Origin: a virus
Direction: 5' to 3' (one strand)
Length of the DNA: 64,000 bases
IMG/VR virus record: IMGVR_UViG_3300045947_000193
Span: 2,384-66,383 of that record
Part shown: positions 57,022-64,000 of the stretch, piece after piece
Layout of the letters: every line of letters starts with the position of its first letter
Numbering within the stretch: position 1 is the first letter of the stretch
The notes under the pieces: model-generated
What the model was told of the DNA's origin: nothing
The model's input: the letters and a program-made list of their open reading frames with translations, nothing else
Databases searched by the model: none
Translations under genes and position numbers: made by a program

Positions 57022-57040
57022 GTGCCCGGAGACGGACCCC

Positions 57041-57850
57041 ATGGCCGCAGTGCTCCCGGAAACCACGCGCCACTTCCTGGTGGACTTTGGCCTGGTCAAG
57101 GCCGAACCCCTCACCCCAGGCCAGCCCTGGATGATCTACATCCAGGCATCCACCCCTGGTGTGGACTACGACGGGGAGCGCGTGCTGCCCCAGGCCATGC
57201 AGGACGCCCGGCCTTATTTCCTGGCCAATGGGCGTATCAGCTACGAGCACATCACCCCGGACACCCGACATGACCCCAGCGTGCTGATAGGCGAACCCAG
57301 GGAGATGACCATCACCCCCGATGGCCGGACCCTGGTCAAAGCCGAACTGTACCAGCGCGTCAAGAAGGCCCAGGAAGTCTGGGACATCTTGCAGAGCGGG
57401 GGAAAGATGAAGGCCAGTGTGGGTGGCTCAATCCTGCGCCGTCAGCAGGACGTGACCGGCACCCCCGTGGTCACCAAGCTATTCCTCAACCACATCGCCC
57501 TGACCCCCTGGCCCGTCAACGATGACACCAATGTCCAGCTCACGCCTTACGACTCCTTCATGAAAGCGCTGGGGTACCGCGTCCATAAGGCCCTGGGTGC
57601 GACCACAGGCACCAGTGCCCAGCCGCTGGTCATGCAGGACCTGGAAGGTCAACGCCAACGCCTCACCCCTGCCTTTGCCACGCGCTGGCAGGCCCTCACC
57701 GACATCATTCAGCAACTCAGCCAGGAGCGCGGCAAAGCCCTGTCGGACGACGACGCCCGGCAGTGTGCCCTGGCCGTGCTTATCCGCCGTGGAGAAGCGC
57801 GGCAGGCATATGTCGCCGCCAGTGGGAACCGGCTCCCCGGCAGCGTCTAG
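57041..57850 (+). CDS. Prohead protease
   Basis: ASTPGVDYDGERV, F..NG.ISYEH, LIGEP, ASVGG, HIALTPWPVN; upstream of scaffold and capsid. Confidence 0.85.
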   Translation: MAAVLPETTRHFLVDFGLVKAEPLTPGQPWMIYIQASTPGVDYDGERVLPQAMQDARPYFLANGRISYEHITPDTRHDPSVLIGEPREMTITPDGRTLVKAELYQRVKKAQEVWDILQSGGKMKASVGGSILRRQQDVTGTPVVTKLFLNHIALTPWPVNDDTNVQLTPYDSFMKALGYRVHKALGATTGTSAQPLVMQDLEGQRQRLTPAFATRWQALTDIIQQLSQERGKALSDDDARQCALAVLIRRGEARQAYVAASGNRLPGSV

Positions 57851-57860
57851 GAGGACAGGT

Positions 57861-58634
57861 ATGGCTTTCACCAGTAACACGCTCGAAGACGACCTGAAGG
57901 CGTTGGAGGGCAAGCTCAACGGGTCCCAGGAGGACGATGGCGACCTCAAGAAGGCCCTGGCAGATGTGGCCAAGGGTGCTATCGGGCTGGCCACCAAAAC
58001 CCTCAGCAAGGCCCGTGGGGACGATGACGACATGGGCGCCGATGAGGACGAAGGCGACGACGACCGCCCCGGCACCGACGACGACGACACCGAAGAGTGG
58101 ATACAGAACCTGCTCCAGAACAAGGGAGGGGAGCCCGCCCAGAAATCCCGCCGCCAGGAGTGGGGAGGGGAGGGACTCTACAAGGCCCTCAGTGCCGACA
58201 GCGATGTAGGCGCCGTCGACGTGGGAGGGTACCTGCAGGAAGAGTTAGCGATCCGCGAGCGTGACCGCAAAGAACTCCGCCGCTTGCGCAAGCAAAACGG
58301 CCTACTCCTGAAAGCCATCACCGACCTGCACGCCTCAAGCACCGCCAACAGCCGCGCCCAGCAGCGTGTCAACGCTGTGCTGGCCAAGGGGCTCATGAAG
58401 CTCCTCGACGCCACCGACGACTTGAACAGCCAGCCTGCCACGGGCTCCCGCTTCGCCCTGATGGAGAAGTCTGTCAGCGCCGCCAGGGACCACCTCCGTA
58501 CTCAAGGAGGGCAGGAGGTGAAGTACACCAAGGACCACGCCGTCCGCCTGCTCCAGAAAGGCATCATCACCCAGGAACAGCACCGCATCTGGAAGACCAC
58601 CAACATGCTGCCACCCGGCATTGACGCCGCCTAA
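57861..58634 (+). CDS. Scaffolding protein
   Basis: Acidic, helical, many LxKA sites; lies between protease and capsid. Confidence 0.65.
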   Translation: MAFTSNTLEDDLKALEGKLNGSQEDDGDLKKALADVAKGAIGLATKTLSKARGDDDDMGADEDEGDDDRPGTDDDDTEEWIQNLLQNKGGEPAQKSRRQEWGGEGLYKALSADSDVGAVDVGGYLQEELAIRERDRKELRRLRKQNGLLLKAITDLHASSTANSRAQQRVNAVLAKGLMKLLDATDDLNSQPATGSRFALMEKSVSAARDHLRTQGGQEVKYTKDHAVRLLQKGIITQEQHRIWKTTNMLPPGIDAA

Positions 58635-58661
58635 CCTGCCCAGCAGTAGAGGAGCACGACC

Positions 58662-60146
58662 GTGATAGGTTTTGACTCATTGGTAAGCTCTGGGATGCTC
58701 CAGGACGAACTGCTCAAGGCGCTGGCGTCGACAGCAAGCGCGGGCACGGACGCATCCCCATTAGTCAAAGAGGACTTGGAGGTAGAAGCCCACACCCAAC
58801 TGTGGCTAGAGACCGACCCGGTTGAACTGGTCATATTGAAACACTTGCCACACGTCCAGGCATTCAGCGTGCTGCATGAGTTTGACCAGATCATAGGCTA
58901 TGGCGCGCGTGGGCATGACGGTTTTTACGGGGAGAACAGCCTACCCGCAGAAGCCGCGATCCAGTCCAGACGCAAGACCGTCAATATCCGTCTGATGGGT
59001 GACATCTCTAGCGTGTTCGCGCTGGCCAGCTTCCAGACGCCGATCCAGGCGTTAGGACAGTCCAACCTGGTCGACGAGAACATGGCCAGCACCCGGCTGG
59101 ACCTGCTCCACAAGATGGCCGTGGCGGTCTACAACGCCGACGATGGCAGCACCACCCACACGCTGCGCTTTAAGGGACTGCGCCAGCAGATACTAGAGGG
59201 CACCAGCCCGTCCAGTGCTGCGCCGTTCACGATCAACCCGGATTACATCATTGACCTGCGTGGTGCGAAGCTCGACCCGCCAGAAATTAGAAAGCGTGCC
59301 CGCCAGGTACGGGAGCGCTTTGGGGCTATGCGCTGGCTGTACATGGCGCCGTCCGTCTCAGAGTTTCTGGAAGAGAGCCTGGACCCCGCCGAGCGCTTGA
59401 TGATCCCGCGCACCCCAGGGGACGCGGTGATTCTGGGGCAAAACATTGGTGGCATGAACACCGCTGGCGGCATTACGCGCTTTGCGGTGGACAACACCCT
59501 CACGAGCAGCCTGTACATGGGCGCTGCCCCACTTGTGGCGGAGACCAACGCCCCGGCGCCGCTCCCGGCTGGCAACATTGCTGCCCCGGTTGTCGCCGCT
59601 GACGCTGCCTCTCTGTGGGGAGCCGCTGACGCCGACGCCGCCGTGGTCTATGACATTACGGCCCTCAATGCCGCTGGCGAATCGACCGCCACGCGCGTGG
59701 GTCCTATCGCCGTCGCCGCTGGCCAGAAGGTCACCATTGCGATCACCCCGCGCGCCGCAGACACCTCGTACCGCATCTACCGGGGAGACAGCACCCTCAA
59801 CCCGCCGCTGTTTATCCGGGAAATCAAAGGCACCGGCAATACCACCGCATTCAATTTTGTCGACCTCAATGAACGCATCCCAGGCACCACGGACGCCTTT
59901 GGTCTCAACATCGCCAGTGCCAACAGTGACGCCATGCGCATGAACGACATGAGCCGCGTCACCTTGCAGAACCCGCCCCGCCCGCGCAATACCGCGTCGC
60001 TGGTCACACTAGGCCCATGGATGGGCATTTTTGAACTGGCCCATATTCTCCATACCGCCAGCCGTGACCTGCTCTTTTCGGCCTTTACCCCACAGATCAC
60101 ACACCCCTATCAAAACGTGGTGTGGATCAATGTAGGCGACCGCTAG
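58662..60146 (+). CDS. Major capsid protein (SPO1/Twort-like)
   Basis: ELLKAL...PLVKEDLE, AFSVLHEF, YG..GH.GF.GE, FKGL..QI, IIDLRG, YRIYRG. Confidence 0.9.
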   Translation: MIGFDSLVSSGMLQDELLKALASTASAGTDASPLVKEDLEVEAHTQLWLETDPVELVILKHLPHVQAFSVLHEFDQIIGYGARGHDGFYGENSLPAEAAIQSRRKTVNIRLMGDISSVFALASFQTPIQALGQSNLVDENMASTRLDLLHKMAVAVYNADDGSTTHTLRFKGLRQQILEGTSPSSAAPFTINPDYIIDLRGAKLDPPEIRKRARQVRERFGAMRWLYMAPSVSEFLEESLDPAERLMIPRTPGDAVILGQNIGGMNTAGGITRFAVDNTLTSSLYMGAAPLVAETNAPAPLPAGNIAAPVVAADAASLWGAADADAAVVYDITALNAAGESTATRVGPIAVAAGQKVTIAITPRAADTSYRIYRGDSTLNPPLFIREIKGTGNTTAFNFVDLNERIPGTTDAFGLNIASANSDAMRMNDMSRVTLQNPPRPRNTASLVTLGPWMGIFELAHILHTASRDLLFSAFTPQITHPYQNVVWINVGDR

Positions 60147-60161
60147 AAAGGGAGGAGCGGT

Positions 60162-60578
60162 ATGGCCTGGAAGATTAGCCGCGTCTCTGGCCCTGGGGAC
60201 CACGTACTAGGAGGGACCACGGTCACCTTTGACGCTGAGGGTGTCTGCATCACCGACAACGCCGACGTGGCCGCCAACGCCCGGCAATTCCCGCGCTATT
60301 TCCTGGTGGAAGACACCAGCGAGACACCTCCCGCCCCACCCGCTGAGGAGGGGGAAGCAGAGGAGCCTGGCGCGAGCCCGGACGCCGTGCCTCCGTCCGA
60401 GACCGCACCAGAGGAGGGCGCCGCCAACCAGACGGCGCCTGGCTTCACGCAGGAGGACCTCGAAAGCCTCACCGTGACCGAACTCCGCGAACTGGCCAGC
60501 GCCGCCGATATTTCCGGCGCCAGCCGCATGACCAAGGCCGAGCTGGTCACCGCCTTGCTCGCCAGCCAGGGAGGGTAG
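60162..60578 (+). CDS. Protein with C-terminal Rho-N/HeH domain
   Basis: LESLTVTELRELA....ISGASRMTKAELV. Confidence 0.75.
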   Translation: MAWKISRVSGPGDHVLGGTTVTFDAEGVCITDNADVAANARQFPRYFLVEDTSETPPAPPAEEGEAEEPGASPDAVPPSETAPEEGAANQTAPGFTQEDLESLTVTELRELASAADISGASRMTKAELVTALLASQGG

Positions 60579-60581
60579 GCC

Positions 60582-61427
60582 ATGCCCGGTGGCTGGCAGA
60601 TGGGACTGAAGCCGAAGCCCGACAACCTCAAGGGCATGCTCATTGACAGCATGGTCCCTGAGTACATCCGGCAGACCTACCTGGTAGGCGTCAACCTGGG
60701 TGTGGCCTGGCAGGGTATGCCCGGCGACATCGCCATGCAGAACATCCTCAACGGCATTATTGCCGACGTACAGAGCAAGCTGGGCATCCGTTTTGAGCGC
60801 CAGGTAGTCAAGACCGACCCGGACGCGGACATGGTGCAGGGCGAAGACTTTGACCTCTTAGGGGAGCGCCTGCACCACTTCCGCGCGCAGCTCACCTCGA
60901 CGCACTACTACATACCCCTGCCCTATAGCAACGTCGTGAGTGTGGAGCGCGTGCGCCTGTTTTACGGCAACCAGCTTGTGTACACCGTACCAGCCGACTG
61001 GATTTACTTCACCAGCAAGGAGGGGATTCTCCGCCTGACCCCGAGCCTCACCAACTCTGTCTTGCAAGGCAACTTTGGCGGTTTTGACTCTGTCTTTTAC
61101 ACCTGGACCTATCGCGACTGCATCCCGCATGCCTGGTCTCTCGACTACACCATAGGCTACGACCAGATAGACGCAGATATTGCGCGCTATATCGGCCTGG
61201 CAACGGCCATCCAGGTGCTCTCGACCGCTGGCCAGGGGAGCGACATCTCCGGGGGACTGAGTAACGAAAGCCTGAGCCAGGACGGCATCAGTGAGTCTGT
61301 GGGCTATGCCCAGGGCAAGTATGGCCCCTACAGCGGGCTCATCCAGATGTACGCGGACGAACTCGACCGCATGGACCTGAAGCAGAAACGGCTGGCCAAG
61401 AAGGGCATCAAGGTAGCCGTGGTCTAG
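60582..61427 (+). CDS. Head-tail adaptor (neck) protein
   Basis: Position after capsid; IPHAWSLDYTIG; SLSQDGISES. Confidence 0.65.
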   Translation: MPGGWQMGLKPKPDNLKGMLIDSMVPEYIRQTYLVGVNLGVAWQGMPGDIAMQNILNGIIADVQSKLGIRFERQVVKTDPDADMVQGEDFDLLGERLHHFRAQLTSTHYYIPLPYSNVVSVERVRLFYGNQLVYTVPADWIYFTSKEGILRLTPSLTNSVLQGNFGGFDSVFYTWTYRDCIPHAWSLDYTIGYDQIDADIARYIGLATAIQVLSTAGQGSDISGGLSNESLSQDGISESVGYAQGKYGPYSGLIQMYADELDRMDLKQKRLAKKGIKVAVV

Positions 61428-61437
61428 GAGCACCCCC

Positions 61438-62112
61438 GTGATCTACACCGGACGGCTGGGCAAGCGGCATTTTACCGTGCAGAAGCAACGGGACATGATC
61501 GCCGGGCACGGCGCTAATGTGCTGGTGATTCCGACCGTCACCTGCCCGTGCCTCACCCTGGAGCAGCTCTTTGACCCGCTCTGCCCGGAGTGCTTTGGTA
61601 CTGGACGCTTCCCCCAGCCCGCCTTGCAGTACACCACCGTGCTGGCCCTCATTCAGGACACGGGCAAGCAAGACTACCACGAAGCAGGCTCATGGACCGA
61701 AGGCCAGATACTGTGTCTCACCCCGCCCGAAATCTCCCTGGCCCTGTGGGACACGGTCACCATGCTGGACGTGCGCGACACCTTCAGTGACGAAGTGCTG
61801 CAGCGTGGTGTCAAGGACCGCGTGCGCTTTTCCCAGGGTGTGGAGGTGGAGCTAGTCCTTGACCGGACCCAGCCGTATATCCTGGGGACAGACTACGTGC
61901 TCACCCCGCCGAACGTGATCACCTGGCAGCCCACCGGCAGCAGCCCGGCCACAGGCACCTATTACAGCATCCGGTATAGCGCCTTCCCCACGTATGCCGT
62001 CTTTCAGGACAACGAGCGGCTCCGCGTGGAGAACCGCACGCGCCAGGCCCAGGAGGTGATGCTCAAGCGCCTGGACCGCATCGACCCACAGCGCCCCTTT
62101 CCCGTGCCCTAG
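61438..62112 (+). CDS. Head-closure/neck protein
   Basis: CPC......CPECFGTG motif of the SPO1/Twort-like neck gene. Confidence 0.65.
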   Translation: MIYTGRLGKRHFTVQKQRDMIAGHGANVLVIPTVTCPCLTLEQLFDPLCPECFGTGRFPQPALQYTTVLALIQDTGKQDYHEAGSWTEGQILCLTPPEISLALWDTVTMLDVRDTFSDEVLQRGVKDRVRFSQGVEVELVLDRTQPYILGTDYVLTPPNVITWQPTGSSPATGTYYSIRYSAFPTYAVFQDNERLRVENRTRQAQEVMLKRLDRIDPQRPFPVP

Positions 62113-62124
62113 AGGACCTGGCTT

Positions 62125-62916
62125 ATGGCAGAGATACGCATAGACGTACCCAGGCACACCACCCCGATGCCCCTCACCGAGCGTGCCATATACGACGCCG
62201 CGCGCCTGATTCAAACGGCCTGGGTGGCTGCTGCACAGTCAGGCCGCTACTTCCATCCCGGCCTGGGTGGCTACGTGCGTGGCATTGTGACCGATGACAG
62301 CCTGGTCTACCCCCTGGACGGGGACCCGCTCAGCGCCGCCGTGTTCAACCTGGCACCCTACGCTGGCGTGATCGAAGAGGGCCACCCTGGCTTCCACCTG
62401 CCCAGCGTCATGCACTGGCCGACCCCTGCCAGCAAGCGCGCCAAGGCCGGGCACTACTATATTAACGTCCCATTTCGTCACACCGTCCCGCGTAGTGGCC
62501 CTGGCATTACTGGCCAGGCTCAGCGCGCCATGATGCCCGCGCCCGTGTACCAGGTAGCGAAGCGCCTGGCACCCGGCGAACGCCTCACCGCAGGCCCGAG
62601 CGCAGGCCGCCGTGTGCATGCCCCTGGACTGACGCCCTACGTGCCCCGCTACGCGCGCAACCGGCGCCCTGGCTACGTGCACGCCTCGATCTATGAGAGC
62701 CTGGAGAAACGGGGAGCGGCCCGGCACACCCGCTACATGACCTGGCGCACGCTGAGCCAGAGAAGCCCTGGGTGGCACATCCCCCCACGCCAGGGCACGC
62801 ACATTGCCGCCACAGTGGCCCGTGAAATCGCCCCGCAGCTCATACGCCTGGTGTCCGACGCCGCCCAGCAGGACGTGATCAACTACATACAGAGCCGCAT
62901 GGGAGGCACCTTATGA
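62125..62916 (+). CDS. Tail completion/neck protein
   Basis: APYAGVIEEG, YINVPFRH, YMTWRTLS..SPGWHIP. Confidence 0.65.
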   Translation: MAEIRIDVPRHTTPMPLTERAIYDAARLIQTAWVAAAQSGRYFHPGLGGYVRGIVTDDSLVYPLDGDPLSAAVFNLAPYAGVIEEGHPGFHLPSVMHWPTPASKRAKAGHYYINVPFRHTVPRSGPGITGQAQRAMMPAPVYQVAKRLAPGERLTAGPSAGRRVHAPGLTPYVPRYARNRRPGYVHASIYESLEKRGAARHTRYMTWRTLSQRSPGWHIPPRQGTHIAATVAREIAPQLIRLVSDAAQQDVINYIQSRMGGTL

Positions 62917-63773
62917 TGCCCGAACGCATCCTGCAGCTCTGGATACGCAACGCCCTCGCCCTGTATGCCGCCAACCCCATTATGGTGGAGCAGGTTTTCC
63001 AGGAAGAAGACCAGGTGGGCACCCCGTCCCTGGTGACCACAGACACCCTGGAGGACGGCGAAAAGACCTGGGTCCCCAACACCTGGCAAGGGGCAACGCT
63101 GCGCTACCAGGGCGCTGCGTACCCCATTGCGAGCAACACCCGGCGCAGCCTCACCGTCACTGGCGCCCTGACGCCTACCGAGCTGCCAGAGGACCCCTAC
63201 CAGATTGTCCCCGCTGACGTGCTCCGGCTGCAGACCTATCTCCAGATGCGCGCCGTCACCGTCGACGTGTCTTACAACCGTATCCCGACCACCGCGCCGC
63301 TCATTCATCTGCGCCTGGAGTCTGACCGCCAGGCCAGCCCGTCTATCGGGGAGAGCGTGCTCTATACGGTCGACCCGGCCACACGGGAGGAACGCACCTG
63401 GCTGCAGACCGAGATGGCCGCCACCTATCTGGTCACCATCGCGACGCAGAACCCCCAGGAAACCGTGTGGCTCTATCAGCTTCTGGTGAATGCCTACCTG
63501 GGAGCACAGCCCTACTTTGCCCGCGCTGGACTGCATGACATCACCCTCAATGGCTCCGATGTGCACCCGGACCTGGCCTACCTCCCGGAGCAGGTGTACG
63601 CGCGCTACCTGGAAATCAGCTTTACCCGGCTCATGCAGGCCGTGCTCCTCGACACGATTGACCAGATTACCGACGTGGAGACCATCCCGGACCCGCGCTA
63701 TCAGGACCTGGACAGCAAGATGGACCCCCCGATGCCGGAGGACCTCAGCCATGGCCGACGCACGCCGCATTGA
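62913..63773 (+). CDS. Tail terminator-like protein
   Basis: Position after neck genes; APLIHLRLESD..IGE; YARYLEISF. Confidence 0.55.
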   Translation: MMPERILQLWIRNALALYAANPIMVEQVFQEEDQVGTPSLVTTDTLEDGEKTWVPNTWQGATLRYQGAAYPIASNTRRSLTVTGALTPTELPEDPYQIVPADVLRLQTYLQMRAVTVDVSYNRIPTTAPLIHLRLESDRQASPSIGESVLYTVDPATREERTWLQTEMAATYLVTIATQNPQETVWLYQLLVNAYLGAQPYFARAGLHDITLNGSDVHPDLAYLPEQVYARYLEISFTRLMQAVLLDTIDQITDVETIPDPRYQDLDSKMDPPMPEDLSHGRRTPH

Positions 63774-63930
63774 CCTGACGGTCTTTAGCCAGGCTAAAAA
63801 CTTGAACGTGATGCAGATCGCCGCCCTCAAGGCCCTGCTCAAGACCCAGCGCCCCCCGTCGACGCACGCCACCATGGCGGAGTGGGAGCGCTGGCTCAAG
63901 GACGCCCTGGAGACGGTGGTCACCACCTAA
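63751..63930 (+). CDS. Small hypothetical protein
   Basis: 59 aa, GGAGG RBS; followed by an RBS and an ORF starting at 63946 that runs off the window (possibly tail sheath). Confidence 0.5.
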   Translation: MADARRIDLTVFSQAKNLNVMQIAALKALLKTQRPPSTHATMAEWERWLKDALETVVTT

Positions 63931-64000
63931 CCGAAAGGAGGAGCGATGCCAGCCAACCCCTTGCGAGTCACCGACTTTTACGGGAATGGGAGAGTTGAGC

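Noticed and set aside
1-64000. Stop-codon reassignment (many TAG triplets)
   Set aside because: Conserved genes are full length under the standard code, and TAG ends them at expected positions, often overlapping the next RBS
1-64000. Integrase, att sites, tRNA/rRNA, IS transposase
   Set aside because: No recognisable motifs in any ORF or intergenic region

Overview
The window reads as one continuous, high-GC, probably temperate tailed-phage genome segment; no integrase, att site, tRNA or classical CRISPR array is visible. Left to right: a FecR/OmpA moron; an XRE repressor/Cro switch; a lambdoid-type replication and recombination block with many small ORFs; a small terminase and a large terminase split in two by a free-standing HNH gene; a ~10 kb insert carrying a second XRE switch and a second replication initiator; then a SPO1/Twort-like head module (portal, MuF, three giant polyvalent/SNF2 head proteins, prohead protease, scaffold, capsid, neck genes). 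The most striking element is a minus-strand operon inside the head module. It holds a solitary Cas7/RAMP-like gene (56012-56737), a small accessory gene (55534-56034) and a ~1.7 kb non-coding array of GG-anchored 5-nt units (mostly GGC-NN) punctuated into roughly 25-30 sub-units. This is a candidate non-CRISPR RNA-guided system. Other notable signals are LxK-A putative protease sites and a repeated targeting/clamp-binding module in the giant head proteins, a tandem GATA-N3-TATC operator shared by three distant promoters, and a common two-hairpin leader on four homing endonuclease genes. All protein assignments are by eye from motifs; no database search was run.
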